A stretch of 64,000 bases of DNA from an uncultured delta proteobacterium (GCA_963695875.1 CAVOID010000003.1:320001-384000); one strand, 5' to 3'; counted from the stretch's first letter, positions 33,130 through 44,248 are shown. Notes: generated by a model from the letters alone, not told the origin. Program-made: numbers and translations.

Positions 33130-34813
33130 ATGGAAATAAATAAAGAATCCCCATTCATTCGCGGTATAGAAAACCGCCTTGATGCAATTTTCGAATCAGA
33201 CAAGAATCAACCTGACCAAGCAGAGGCTGATATACGTAATCTTAAAGAAGATGATCCTCTGAAAGAAGTGACCAATCGAGCGCGATGTCTCTGATACGTC
33301 TCAAGTCGCTGGCAAAAAAGATTTTAAAGTAGATGAAGCGATAGACTCAACCCAATCCTCATTTCTACGCGGCATAGAAAACCGCCTCGATGCAATTTTC
33401 GAATCAGACGACAAGCGACCTGATCAAGCAGCGGCTGATATTCGTAATCTTAAAGAAGATGATCCTCTGGAAGAGGTGGTCATCGAGCGCGACGTCTCTG
33501 ATACGTCTCAGAGTCGCTGGCAAAAAAGATTCCAAAGTCGATGAAGCGATAGACTCAGCCCAGTCCTCATTTCTACGCGGCATAGAAAACCGCCTCGATG
33601 CTATTTTCGAATCAGATGACAAGCAGACCTGATCAAGCAGCGGCTGATATACGTAATCTTAAAGAAGATGATCCTCTGAAAGAGGTGGTCATCGAGCGCG
33701 ACGTCTCTGGAGTTGACTCAAGCCGATGGCAAAAAAGATTTTAAAGTCGATGAAGCAATAGACTCAACCCCATCTCAATTGCTACAAGGAATAGATAGCC
33801 GTCTTGATGCCATTTTTGGGGCAGAAATTTCAGGGATGCATCATCTTGAAGAAGATGATGCTCTTAAGGAGGTAACCATAGAAACTGATGTTTCTGATAT
33901 GCTTCAGGACGATGAAAAAAGATTTCAAAATTGATGAGAATGTAGGCATGACCGAAAAACCCTCTTCTGGTCGTGAAAAAGAAAACCATCTTATCTTAGG
34001 GGATAGTAATATGCCTGATCATACAGAAGAAGCCGGTATTCATAATATTCCAGGGCCAGAAATTCCGAAAAAGGCTGTAGCAGAAACTGAATTGTCAAGT
34101 GAAAGGGATGACAAGGTGGAGCGCTTCGAACAACTATTCGAAGAATTAGTTACTTCCACTTCAATATGGTATTCACCTCTAAAAGACCTGAAAAGTACAG
34201 TTCTTTCGATTGAATGGGAATTGACTGATGAAAGCATGGAGAAATTCGATAAAGAGGTTAATAAATTAATTAACTTATTTGCGGAAGATAACATTGTTCT
34301 TGGCTTTCTCAGATCCTTCGCTTCTTGGGGAGATATATAAAGGCAAAGGGTATTGAAGCCCATTATGTTTCTATAAAATTACTTCTTTCCGTATATGATG
34401 ATCTTGAAAGAGTGTTATTAACCAAGGAGATGACGGAAGACAAAAAAACATGCAGTCCTGCTCGGAAATATTGGAAAATATAGAGAATGGGTGGAAACGG
34501 TGGACCTTACAGTACGCGAGGAAGATAAATGGGCAGGAGAAGAAATACCCTCAGAGGCTGCGAGAACAGACGATTCCTGATAGGCATGAGGAGGATGTCA
34601 TTACTGAGCCGATCATCGTATCAAAGATGACAGGAGAGAACCATGGAAGAAACTATACGTCCATCCAAAGATGAAGTATCGTCTTTAGACCCCATCTCCG
34701 GAATGACGCCGCATGAGGCTTTTGCTTATGCTTTGGATGAAATAAAAAAAGTAATCAGTGCTGAATTCAGTGCACTGAAGGCAGAATTAAAATTGTGGAG
34801 ACAGGGGCAATAA
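33130..34813 (+). CDS. Acidic scaffold-like protein with four 69-aa N-terminal repeats, several apparent frameshifts
   Basis: AGGAG RBS, ATG 33130; repeats, then SPLKDLKSTVLSIEWELTDE domain and EFSALKAELKLWRQGQ* end. Confidence 0.7.
33145..33935 (+). repeat. Tandem repeat, about 207 bp x 4
   Basis: GCGGYATAGAAAACCGCCTYGATGC at 33161, 33369, 33577 and a diverged copy at 33786 (spacings 208, 208, 209). Confidence 0.95.
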
Positions 34814-34935
34814 ATATGGCTAAGACCATATTTGAATTTTGCTGTCGCCACAAGGTATGGTTTCTCATTACTGAGATAAACAGTATCTAACTTTTTTAAT
34901 ATAAGGCTCAGTATATTGTATATGGAGCGGTGGAC

Positions 34936-35103
34936 ATGATTATATTTTGTGAAGAATGCGGAGAAAGATATATAATAGAACGCGATGAAATCAAAGAGAA
35001 GGTGATCACGTTCAATTGCAGGGTTTGCATGGACCCCATAAAGGTTTTATTACCGGACGCCGCAGTTATGAATCAGGCAGGTAGCGAGGGAACCAGGAAC
35101 TGA
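34936..35103 (+). CDS. Stand-alone zinc-ribbon protein (55 aa), absent from the ORF track
   Basis: GGAG RBS; MIIFCEECGERY...FNCRVCMDPI. Confidence 0.8.
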   Translation: MIIFCEECGERYIIERDEIKEKVITFNCRVCMDPIKVLLPDAAVMNQAGSEGTRN

Positions 35104-35184
35104 CTGAATAGCCCATACTCATATTCAAATTCGTCAAAATGGTAGATTGAAAATACCGATATCTCGAAGATATAAGGCGACGAT

Positions 35185-36513
35185 ATGGCCATTAAAGATA
35201 AATCATTAGATCTGTTTCATGAAAAGCAAGAGCTGGACATTTATCTGTCAAGTTTAAAGACCATCCATCAGCCTGATGACGTTGCGCAGCAGAAAGACGT
35301 GGATTCTGTGGAGGCGGAAATGCGTTCGCCGGTAATCGATCAGGATAAATCATTAAATTTGATCTATGAAAAGGAAGAGACGGAGATTTTTCTGTCAAGT
35401 ATAACAACCGTACGACCTCCTGATGAAATTATGCAGGAGAAAGCTACAGTTTCTGCGGAGACGGACGAAAAGTTGCCGGTATCCGATCATTTATCCGCGT
35501 ATAAAGAGCCGGAGATACAGATTCTGTCTGATGAAGAGGCCCGACCCGCTAAAGGCTGGATGGGGGAAAATTGTAATTGCTTCACGGTCAAAAGAAGATA
35601 TGCAAATATCCGTTGCTTTACTGAAAGAAGAAAAAGCGGCTAAGAATAGTTTATCTGATATGGAGGACACGAACGAAGAGCAGCCTCAAACAGGCGACCA
35701 AAATATAACGGATGAAGCTATGGTTGTGAAGGGGCTGCCTGGTTTTGTTCAGACGAAGGAAGTTGCCGTACAGATGTCAGATGCTGTAGCTATACCGCAA
35801 TCTGATGAGATCGGAAATGCAGAACATAACGTTGTCCTGAAATCCCAACAGCAGACTGAAATTGTACCGGAAACACCCAGTGTGAAAAAGGATGAAAAAC
35901 TGAAAAAGCTAACACCTGAACCTTCAAGAAAGAAAAGCAAACAAGTTTCTTGGGGCGCCAGTATGCGTTTGTTTGCCCTCTTCCTGGTATTTATTGTCGT
36001 GATTGAGGGTTATTTGTGGATGTATCCTGATGTGGGGTATCAAACAATTGAATGGATGCATTCTAATTTCCCCATGATGGATCAGCTTTTAGGGATTGAG
36101 AAGTCAGCAGCGGGATATCATTACTGATCAGGTCGAATTCATCAATGTGAGACAGCGATTTGTAAAGAATGAATCGTTGGGAAACCTCAGGGTCATAGAA
36201 GGGGAAGTGTGTAAATCGAGCAGATTTTCCCATTGCGAAAATAAAGGTCATGGGAGAGCTGTTTGATTCTAGCGAGGCATTGCTGGCTGCACGGATATCT
36301 TACTGCGGCAATGTTCTCCCGGATGAAACACTTGGTAGGCTCAAGGAAGAAGAAATTCGCTCGGTCCTATCTATTTCGTCTGGTGGCAACTTATCTAACA
36401 ACAAAATATTGCCCAAGGGTCAGTTACCGTTTATGATTGTGTTTACACGCGAACCAACAGGTGTCGCTAAAGCTACCGTTACAGCCGTGGGGGCTGAAAG
36501 AATCTCACCATAA
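35185..36513 (+). CDS. Membrane-anchored DUF3426-like protein, apparent frameshifts
   Basis: Acidic N-region, TM LFALFLVFIVVIEGYLW, C-terminal SYCGNVL...LPFMIVF. Confidence 0.65.
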
Positions 36514-36558
36514 ACCTGTTTATAATATATAATCGTATTCGCCTGAGCAGGGTGGAAA

Positions 36559-38997
36559 TTATTTTATACATGCCCTGAAAACCTGCTTTAAATCAGTAAG
36601 ACCTATTATAGCTTTTGATATACCATCCTGCAGCAGTGTTCTCATTCCTTCGGAAATGGCATTCTCCCTTATGGTTTCAATAGTCGCACGTTTGAGAATT
36701 AGTCTTTTGTTTGCATCTGTATTGATGAGAAGCTCATGAATACCCATCCTGCCTTTATACCCTGAGTTTTCACAACTATCACAGCCCTTGGAGCGGTAAA
36801 GGTTAAGGTTCTTTGCGCCTGGTACATTCAGTTTATCAAATAATTTTTTCCCATAAACGCGAACTATTTCTTTATATTCTTCATCCGTGGGGTGATAAGC
36901 CTCCTTACATTTCTTGCAGAGAGTCTTCACCAACCTCTGCGCCAGAATGCCCAGCAGAGAATCTGAAAAGTTAAATGGATCAATTCCCATATCAAGAAGC
37001 CTGGTAACCGTTTCAGGTGCGCTATTCGTATGTAAGGTACTGTAGACAAGATGACCGGTCAGTGACGCTTCAACCGCGATTTTGGCTGTTTCGTAATCCC
37101 TCATTTCGCCGACCATGATAACATCCGGGTCCGACCTAAGGAAGGATCGCATTGCAGCAGCAAAGTCAAATCCAATTTTAGAGTGCACCTGAACCTGTCG
37201 AAGTCCGCGCTGGGTAATCTCAATGGGGTCCTCTGCCGTCCATATTTTCCTGTCCGGCGTATTGATATAGCGCAAGGCCGCATGAAGCATCGTTGTTTTG
37301 CCGGATCCTGTTGGTCCGACCACAAGGATTATCCCGTATGGTTTTTCGCAGAGCTTCAGCAGTTCTTTATAATTCCTTTTGGTCAATCCCTGGGCTTCCA
37401 GGGGTATTAACTTCCCCGCCGTCAGTATACGCATCACCACATCTTCGAGATTCTCCTGGGTTGGCACAGTGGCTACGCGAAGTTCAATTGCCTTCCCGTC
37501 CGGGCGCTTCATTCTAATCTTGCCATCCTGTGGTATCCTCCGGACTGTTATATCGAGGGCCGACATGATTTTGATTCTGGAGACCAGAGCTGCCCTGAAA
37601 CTGTAAGGTACAGTCATGTGGGGAATGCAGGTGCCGTCAATCCTATAACGGATCCCTACGTTTCCTGCATCTGCGTCGGGTTCAATATGAATATCTGAAG
37701 CACCTTTTTCAAACGCCTCATTTATAATCTTATTCACAAGCTGAATGACTTCGTTGTCCGATTCTTTGAGGAATGCTTCCTTAATAGCAGCCTGCCTGGC
37801 CACACCGAGAGATTCCGTGATGACCTTACTTTCAAGCTCATGAGCAATCTGATCCGCCTCATCGGTCGGCTCCGCCTCAGTCACAAGCTGCATCATCTCT
37901 TCTTCTGAATCCATGATGGCTGCTGCGCCATCAACTATGATTTCATCAGTGTCATCTTTCGCCGAAATTTCAATATCATCCGGTTCAGCAACTTCGGGCT
38001 CGTATGAATGATTTACAAATCTTATAATGTCTTCAGGCAGGGCGACATCGTATTTTACCTTATCCGTATTTAAAGTGCTTTCAATGAGTTCCCGTTTCCG
38101 TAAGTCATGAGGATCTTCAACAATAACGTGGATGTATCCTCCAATTTCCTCAAAAGGGATCCAAAGGTTACGGAGAAGGTGACTTTTTTCGAGTTTTCCT
38201 AATAGATAATCGGGAATTGTGATTCTGCGATTGAACTGAATAAATCTGCATTTATAATATATTTCAAGAGACTTGCGCATGTCATCTCTCGAAATATTAT
38301 ATTTTCTCATCAGAATGACTTCAAGGGCTTCCTTCTTGGCCATTGCTTCGCTTCTGGCTTCTTCCAATTCCTCTTCATTGATTAAGTCATGACTGATGAG
38401 GTATCCGAATTTTGTCTCTTTCTTTTTTTGCGGTTCCTTTTTCTGTTGCTTATGAAGAGCGGCACCTAGAGATTCCGAAATTTCGTGAAGCATGACGGGT
38501 TCTTCCTCGGCGAAGACGCCCAAAGGTTCTTTCTTATTTAGTATCTGGATGACACCCATTAACTCCCCGCTGTATATAATAGGCACAGCCATGACCTGCT
38601 TCGTTCGAAATCCCGTTTTTTTGTCGATTACGGCATCAAATGTCAGCTCTTTGTCAATGCTTTTCAGTTCTTCTTTATTGTAGACATCGGCAATGGTGAC
38701 GGAATTTCTTGTAGCAGCGACATAACCTGGTATACTTTGTTTGTCGATAGGCAATCTTATTTCTTCTAACTTATTCCCTTCAGGAATAATGGTGTAAATA
38801 TCTTTTTTTGTCTGGTCTGCACCGAATATGTTAACCGATTCGACTTTGAAAAGATCCATAATATGATCTTTAGTATCCATTAAAATCTGGTTCAGGTTAT
38901 CTGACGCATTAATTGTCTCTGTGATATCCTGTAACAGCTCTTGTACGCGCTGGAATTCTTGAAGTTCAGCAATTTCATCAAACTCATTGACGTCCAT
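36559..38997 (-). CDS. GAF-domain PilB/GspE-family ATPase
   Basis: GAF (DKKTGFRTKQVMAVPI...IQILNK), ASDIHIEP, PQDG, GPTGSGKTT, EDPIE, GEMRD, STLHTN, CxxC pairs; GGAG RBS before ATG 38997. Confidence 0.9.
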   Translation of the reverse strand: MDVNEFDEIAELQEFQRVQELLQDITETINASDNLNQILMDTKDHIMDLFKVESVNIFGADQTKKDIYTIIPEGNKLEEIRLPIDKQSIPGYVAATRNSVTIADVYNKEELKSIDKELTFDAVIDKKTGFRTKQVMAVPIIYSGELMGVIQILNKKEPLGVFAEEEPVMLHEISESLGAALHKQQKKEPQKKKETKFGYLISHDLINEEELEEARSEAMAKKEALEVILMRKYNISRDDMRKSLEIYYKCRFIQFNRRITIPDYLLGKLEKSHLLRNLWIPFEEIGGYIHVIVEDPHDLRKRELIESTLNTDKVKYDVALPEDIIRFVNHSYEPEVAEPDDIEISAKDDTDEIIVDGAAAIMDSEEEMMQLVTEAEPTDEADQIAHELESKVITESLGVARQAAIKEAFLKESDNEVIQLVNKIINEAFEKGASDIHIEPDADAGNVGIRYRIDGTCIPHMTVPYSFRAALVSRIKIMSALDITVRRIPQDGKIRMKRPDGKAIELRVATVPTQENLEDVVMRILTAGKLIPLEAQGLTKRNYKELLKLCEKPYGIILVVGPTGSGKTTMLHAALRYINTPDRKIWTAEDPIEITQRGLRQVQVHSKIGFDFAAAMRSFLRSDPDVIMVGEMRDYETAKIAVEASLTGHLVYSTLHTNSAPETVTRLLDMGIDPFNFSDSLLGILAQRLVKTLCKKCKEAYHPTDEEYKEIVRVYGKKLFDKLNVPGAKNLNLYRSKGCDSCENSGYKGRMGIHELLINTDANKRLILKRATIETIRENAISEGMRTLLQDGISKAIIGLTDLKQVFRACIK

Positions 38998-39015
38998 TCT
39001 ATTACTCCACTTATC

Positions 39016-39125
39016 TTGATCGCAAGAGCAGCCGGCAAGCCCCGCCTTGCATGCGGGCTGAAGGGGTCCAATGCAACGAATAGTTCTCATACCGAGAAGC
39101 CCATCCTTGCAGGCTGTTAGTTTCG
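39016..39125 (-). repeat. Degenerate copy of miniature element family B
   Basis: Reverse complement CATTGGACCCCTTCAGCCCGCATGCAAGGCGGGGCTTGCCGG aligns with CATTGCACCCCTTATCCCCGCCTACAGGGCGGGGCTTGCGGG. Confidence 0.75.
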
Positions 39126-39192
39126 CTTCATAAAAATGTTATAAAATTAAAAAAATAAATAACGTGATTTAATCTTTATTGGGCTTTCCAAT

Positions 39193-39296
39193 AAAAAACC
39201 GCCAAGCAAAACCCTGTGGTCACACTTGGCGGCTTGGCTATCTATGATGAGAACCATAGCTTTCATATACCACAAATGTGGTTTAGCTTTTCAAGC
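39193..39296 (-). promoter_or_regulatory. c-di-GMP-I (GEMM-I)-like riboswitch with overlapping terminator
   Basis: Minus strand CTTGAAAAGCTAAACC...GAAAGCTATGGTTCT...AGATAGCCAAGCCGCCAAG; terminator CCGCCAAG/CTTGGCGG-TTTTTT. Confidence 0.65.
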
Positions 39297-39390
39297 TTAT
39301 GCTTTTATTATACAAGACAGCGTTCGAAGTCAAGATTTTTTATGAGCAAAGAGTTAGGAGCAGCGGTGAATGCTCTCTCGGGAAGTTAAC

Positions 39391-40338
39391 CTACTTTGTA
39401 TTCCTGCTCTTTAACTCTCGGTACCAGTCTATTGTTTTTTTCAACCCATCTCGAAGGGTCGTCTTCGCCGTGAATCCAAATTCCTGAAAGGCTCTCGTCG
39501 TATCCAGCATCCTGCGTGGCTGTCCGTCAGGTTTATCTTTATCCCAAATGATCTGACCCTGAAACTCAGTCAGTTCAGTGATCAATTCAACGAGGTCTTT
39601 AATTGATATTTCGGATCCAGCTCCAATATTAACAGGTTCATTCTTATTGTAGGATTCTGTTGCTAAAACAATGGCCTCAGCAGCATCTTCCACATAGATG
39701 AATTCGCGTGTAGCCCGCCCGCTTCCCCAGACCACGACCTCCTTCTCGTTCTTCAATTTTGCGTCAACGCACTTCTTTATGAGCGAAGGAATAACGTGGG
39801 AGGATCGAGGATCGAAATTATCGCAGGGTCCGTACAGATTGACGGGAATTAGAAAGATAGAGTTGAAGCCATACTGCTGGCGATAGGCCTGAGATTGCAC
39901 AAGCATCATTTTTTTTGCAAGACCATAAGGCGCGTTTGTTTCTTCAGGATAGCCGTTCCATAGATCATCCTCCCTGAAGGGAACCGGGGTGAATTTCGGA
40001 TAGGCACAGACAGTACCTATAGCTACAAATTTCTCAATGTTCCTCAGGTACCCTTCATGGATGAGCTGAGCGCCCATGATCAGGTTTGCATAAAACAGGG
40101 TTGCGGGATTTTCCCCGTTATAACCGATGCCTCCCACTCGGGCGGCCAAATGTATGATGATATCCGGTTTCCTGTCAGAGTACATCCGCCTTATGTCAGC
40201 CAAATCTGTCAGGTCATAATCAGATGAATTTATAGCATCTATGTGATCATACCCGCGCTCTCTGAGCTTCTTAACCAAGTGATGACCCAGGAAGCCCTTG
40301 CCGCCGGTGACGGTTATTCTCTTATTCTTTGATAGCAT
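39391..40338 (-). CDS. fcl: GDP-L-fucose synthase
   Basis: [37 protein letters not shown]. Confidence 0.95.
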   Translation of the reverse strand: MLSKNKRITVTGGKGFLGHHLVKKLRERGYDHIDAINSSDYDLTDLADIRRMYSDRKPDIIIHLAARVGGIGYNGENPATLFYANLIMGAQLIHEGYLRNIEKFVAIGTVCAYPKFTPVPFREDDLWNGYPEETNAPYGLAKKMMLVQSQAYRQQYGFNSIFLIPVNLYGPCDNFDPRSSHVIPSLIKKCVDAKLKNEKEVVVWGSGRATREFIYVEDAAEAIVLATESYNKNEPVNIGAGSEISIKDLVELITELTEFQGQIIWDKDKPDGQPRRMLDTTRAFQEFGFTAKTTLRDGLKKTIDWYRELKSRNTK

Positions 40339-40393
40339 CTATCCATTATCTCAGTTGAACTAAAGTTACGCGTGTGGGTTTGTATTCGTCATA

Positions 40394-41416
40394 TTAGCGT
40401 ATGTCACAACTTGCATAGCCTGCATCTCTCAGCGTTTTTTCTTTATTCGCTAATTCCATGTCACATTCGATCATCATATCAATTAACTGATCGAAGCTTA
40501 TCCTCGGCTTCCATCCCAGTTTCTTCCCTGCCTTGGTGGCATCTCCTAGGAGGACATCGACCTCAGTCGGCCGAAAATACTTTGGATCGATGACAACGTG
40601 TTTTTTATAATCAAGTCCAAGTCTTTGAAAGACCCTTTCAGCGAATTCGCGGACGGAATGGGTCTCTCCCGTCGCAATCACATAATCATCAGGTTCGTCC
40701 TGCTGTAGCATGAGCCACATGGCAATCACATAATCACCGGCAAACCCCCAATCTCTTTTTGCTTCTAAATTTCCAAGGTACAGTTTATCTTTGAGACCCA
40801 ATTTAATCTGTGTAGCAGCACGGGTAATTTTCCTGGTTACAAAGGTTTCACCGCGGCGGGGAGATTCATGGTTGAACAGTATGCCGTTACAGGCAAAGAT
40901 CTTATATGCCTCCCGGTAATTCTGCACCATGTGGTAGGAGTATACCTTCGCGGCTGCGTATGGACTACGTGGCTGAAGAGGGGTCGATTCATTTTGTGGC
41001 GGGGAGGCTGAACCAAACATCTCACTCGATGAAGCTTGATAGAATCTTGTCCTGATGCCGGTTTTGCGAATCGCTTCAAGCAGCCTGAGTGTACCCAGAC
41101 CGGTAACGTCACTTGTGTATTCGGGCATATCAAAGCTTACCCTGACATGGCTCTGAGCACCCAGATGATATATTTCGTCGGGTTTAATCGTATGTAACAG
41201 GTCCGTCAGTTGTCCTGATACGGAAAGGTCACCGTAATATAGGTATACGCGGGCATTAGGGTCATGGAGGTCCTTATACAGGTGGTCTATACGGTCTGTG
41301 TTGAAGGTGCTAGACCTGCGAATAAGTCCATGAACTTCATAGCCTTTATCCAGCAGTAACTCTGCCAGATAAGAGCCGTCTTGCCCTGTAATACCTGTTA
41401 TAAACGCTCTTTTCAT
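40394..41416 (-). CDS. gmd: GDP-mannose 4,6-dehydratase
   Basis: [38 protein letters not shown]. Confidence 0.97.
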   Translation of the reverse strand: MKRAFITGITGQDGSYLAELLLDKGYEVHGLIRRSSTFNTDRIDHLYKDLHDPNARVYLYYGDLSVSGQLTDLLHTIKPDEIYHLGAQSHVRVSFDMPEYTSDVTGLGTLRLLEAIRKTGIRTRFYQASSSEMFGSASPPQNESTPLQPRSPYAAAKVYSYHMVQNYREAYKIFACNGILFNHESPRRGETFVTRKITRAATQIKLGLKDKLYLGNLEAKRDWGFAGDYVIAMWLMLQQDEPDDYVIATGETHSVREFAERVFQRLGLDYKKHVVIDPKYFRPTEVDVLLGDATKAGKKLGWKPRISFDQLIDMMIECDMELANKEKTLRDAGYASCDIR

Positions 41417-41427
41417 TGCAATGATCC

Positions 41428-42438
41428 TCAGATTTTATAGTACTCTCTATACCATTCCACAAACTGTCTAATGCCATCTTCTATTGATGTCACCGGTTTG
41501 AAACCTACATCTCTCATAAGATCATCTATATCGGCAAAAGTTCTCGGTACATCACCGGGCTGAATTGGAAGCAAGTTTAATTTTGCCTTCCTGCCTAATT
41601 GTTTCTCCAGTATACGTATGAATTCAAGGAGCCCTACGGGGCTATTATTGCCTATGTTATAGATTTTGTACGGGGCGAAGCTTGTAGCAGGGTCCGGGTG
41701 GTCGCCATGCCAGTCAGGGTTAGGCGCCGGGATTTTGTCTATAGTTCTGAAGACGCCTTCCACGATATCATCGATATAGGTAAAGTCTCTTTGCATTTTC
41801 CCATTGTTATAAACGTCTATAGGCCTGTCTTCCAGGATGGCTTTTGTAAACAGAAACAGTGCCATATCCGGTCTACCCCAGGGGCCATAGACAGTGAAGA
41901 ATCTCAATCCTGTGCAGGGAAGATGGTAGAGACTCGCATATGCATGCGCCATCAGTTCATTGGACTTTTTCGTTGCTGCATAAAGGCTGACGGGATGGTC
42001 TACGTTATGGTGTACGGAAAATGGCATAAGCGTATTGGCGCCGTAGACAGAACTCGATGAGGCAAAAACCAAATGTCGGCAATTCCGGTGTCTGCACTCT
42101 TCGAGTATATTCAAAAAACCGATCAGGTTACTGTCCAGATATGCATAAGGGTTTACCAGGGAGTATCTGACTCCGGCTTGAGCTGCCAGATGGACAACGA
42201 TCTCAGGCTCATTATTTTTGAAAAGCAAGGAGGTTTGATCCCTCTGTGCAATATCTGATTTCATAAAATGGAAATCGCTGTTATCTGTAAGGAGAGCAAG
42301 TCGCGCCTTCTTCAAATTAACGTCATAGTAGTCATTTAAATTGTCTGCACCTACCACAGAATGGCCGGCCTTCAGGAGACGTTTTACTAAGTGAAACCCG
42401 ATAAAGCCGGCTGCGCCGGTGACAAGGATTTTTTTCAT
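41428..42438 (-). CDS. NAD-dependent epimerase, UDP-glucuronate 4-epimerase type
   Basis: [39 protein letters not shown]. Confidence 0.92.
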   Translation of the reverse strand: MKKILVTGAAGFIGFHLVKRLLKAGHSVVGADNLNDYYDVNLKKARLALLTDNSDFHFMKSDIAQRDQTSLLFKNNEPEIVVHLAAQAGVRYSLVNPYAYLDSNLIGFLNILEECRHRNCRHLVFASSSSVYGANTLMPFSVHHNVDHPVSLYAATKKSNELMAHAYASLYHLPCTGLRFFTVYGPWGRPDMALFLFTKAILEDRPIDVYNNGKMQRDFTYIDDIVEGVFRTIDKIPAPNPDWHGDHPDPATSFAPYKIYNIGNNSPVGLLEFIRILEKQLGRKAKLNLLPIQPGDVPRTFADIDDLMRDVGFKPVTSIEDGIRQFVEWYREYYKI

Positions 42439-42498
42439 CTTCCCAACCTTCTTGGCTCCGGCATTAGTGCTTTAATCCTTTTCCTCAAAAAAATTTAT

Positions 42499-43785
42499 CT
42501 ACAGGGCATTGAGTGTCTCAGCACATGCATCGAGTGTTTTTTCTATATCTTCATCTGTATGGGCAAATGAGAGGAAAGAAGCCTCGAACTGGGATGGCGC
42601 CAGGTAGATACGCCGCGACAACATGTCTCTAAAATAACGGCCGAAGCGTTTCGTGTTACTTTTTGCGGCCGAACTATAATCGAAGACCTCATCTTTGGTA
42701 AAGAATGCTGTAAACATGGAGCCCGACCGGTTGATACGGACGGGGATACCCTTATAATCGAACAGCTTCTGCAATTCTTCGCACAGGGAAGATGTCAGAT
42801 GGTCCAGCATGGTGTAATTCCCCGGATTTTTCTTAAGAATGCTGAGAGTGGCGATACCTGCCGACATAGCGACAGGATTTCCCGAAAGGGTGCCCGCCTG
42901 GTAGACCGGACCTGATGGGGCCAGCTTCTCCATGATATCCTTCTTACCCCCGAAAGCACCGACGGGAAGACCGCCGCCTATGATCTTTCCCAGGCAGGTT
43001 ATATCCGGTTCAATCTCGGCCAGGTTTTGGAAACCGCCGTATGTTAACCGGAAGCCTGTGATTACCTCATCAAAGATGAGAAGTATTCCGCGTTGGCGGG
43101 TAATATCTCTGAGCATCTCCAAAAATCCTGTTCGAGGTAAAACAACACCCATATTCCCCGCTACAGGTTCCACAATAATGCAGGCCAGGTCATCTCCATG
43201 TATATCCATGGCGGATGAAACGGCCTCGATATTGTTAAAGGGTAACGTAATAGTCTTTTCCGCCAATCCTCGAGGAACACCGGGACTTCCCGGGATGCCC
43301 AGTGTAGCAACACCGGAGCCGGCTTTTACCAATAGGGAATCGGCATGGCCGTGATAACAGCCGTCAAATTTGATAATTTTCTCCCTGCCTGTATACCCGC
43401 GCGCGAGCCGGATAGCACTCATCGCCGCTTCCGTGCCGGAACTGACCATCCTTACCATGTCGATGGAGGGGAAGGCATCAACGATCAGTTTTGCCATTTC
43501 AATTTCCAATTCAGTCGGGGCGCCGTAACTGGTTCCCTTTTCCGCTGCATGCTGAATAGCATGAACGACTTGGGGATGGCTGTGACCCAAGATCATGGGT
43601 CCCCATGAAGATACGTAATCGATATACTCCTTTTCCTCGACATCATAGATCTTAGATCCGCAAGCCCTGCTGATAAATACGGGTGTCGACTCAACAGCTT
43701 TGAAGGCCCTGACCGGGCTGTTTACGCCTCCGGGAATGTATTTACCAGCCTCTTCGAAGAGGGCTTCGGAAGATTTATTCGACAT
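42499..43785 (-). CDS. hemL: Glutamate-1-semialdehyde 2,1-aminomutase
   Basis: IPGGVNSPVRAF, SGTEA, DEVITGFR, GKIIGGGLP, QAGTLSGNP. Confidence 0.97.
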   Translation of the reverse strand: MSNKSSEALFEEAGKYIPGGVNSPVRAFKAVESTPVFISRACGSKIYDVEEKEYIDYVSSWGPMILGHSHPQVVHAIQHAAEKGTSYGAPTELEIEMAKLIVDAFPSIDMVRMVSSGTEAAMSAIRLARGYTGREKIIKFDGCYHGHADSLLVKAGSGVATLGIPGSPGVPRGLAEKTITLPFNNIEAVSSAMDIHGDDLACIIVEPVAGNMGVVLPRTGFLEMLRDITRQRGILLIFDEVITGFRLTYGGFQNLAEIEPDITCLGKIIGGGLPVGAFGGKKDIMEKLAPSGPVYQAGTLSGNPVAMSAGIATLSILKKNPGNYTMLDHLTSSLCEELQKLFDYKGIPVRINRSGSMFTAFFTKDEVFDYSSAAKSNTKRFGRYFRDMLSRRIYLAPSQFEASFLSFAHTDEDIEKTLDACAETLNAL

Positions 43786-44248
43786 TTGTGAAATACTCCA
43801 TGCTGTTTTTTTTATACTCTTCCTCGCTAGCGAGGACCCTGAAGTCTTTGATTCCCGCAGCTCGCGAGAGTTTTTGAATGATGCTCTCCTGATTCTCTTT
43901 TTGAAAATGAATCATCGTAAAAATATTGTATTTCCCTTCAAAGGGGGGGACCCTTTCGTAACAGTGGGTTATTTCGGCAAAGGAGGCCAGAGTATTCCCA
44001 ACAGATTCATATCTGTCCGGTGGCACAGCCCAGATAACCATGGCATTTTGTGTAAAACCTGCTTTCTGATGTCTTAAGATGGCTCCAAATTTTCTGATGC
44101 TGCCTTTCGCCATCAATCCCTGGATAGTCGCAAGAACCTCCTCTTCGGAAGAGAAAGCTTGTTCTGCAATACTCTTGAAGGGTCTCTTTTCGAGAGGGAT
44201 GTCTTGCTGAATGAATTTAGAAACTCTTTTTTCCATTTCTGTTAGCAT
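43775..44248 (-). CDS. Siroheme decarboxylase subunit, AhbB/NirH-like
   Basis: QQDIPLEKRPF, RHQKAGF, NAMVIW, THCYER, YNIFTMIH. Confidence 0.85.
   Translation of the reverse strand: MLTEMEKRVSKFIQQDIPLEKRPFKSIAEQAFSSEEEVLATIQGLMAKGSIRKFGAILRHQKAGFTQNAMVIWAVPPDRYESVGNTLASFAEITHCYERVPPFEGKYNIFTMIHFQKENQESIIQKLSRAAGIKDFRVLASEEEYKKNSMEYFTNVE

Noticed and set aside
33145..33935. Tandem repeats here and at 52945-53075 as a CRISPR array
   Set aside because: No unique spacers, unit lengths fit whole codons, and no cas genes are present.
38998..39090. N-terminal extension MRTIRCIGPLQPACKAG of the ATPase ORF
   Set aside because: It is translated family B repeat; an RBS supports ATG 38997.
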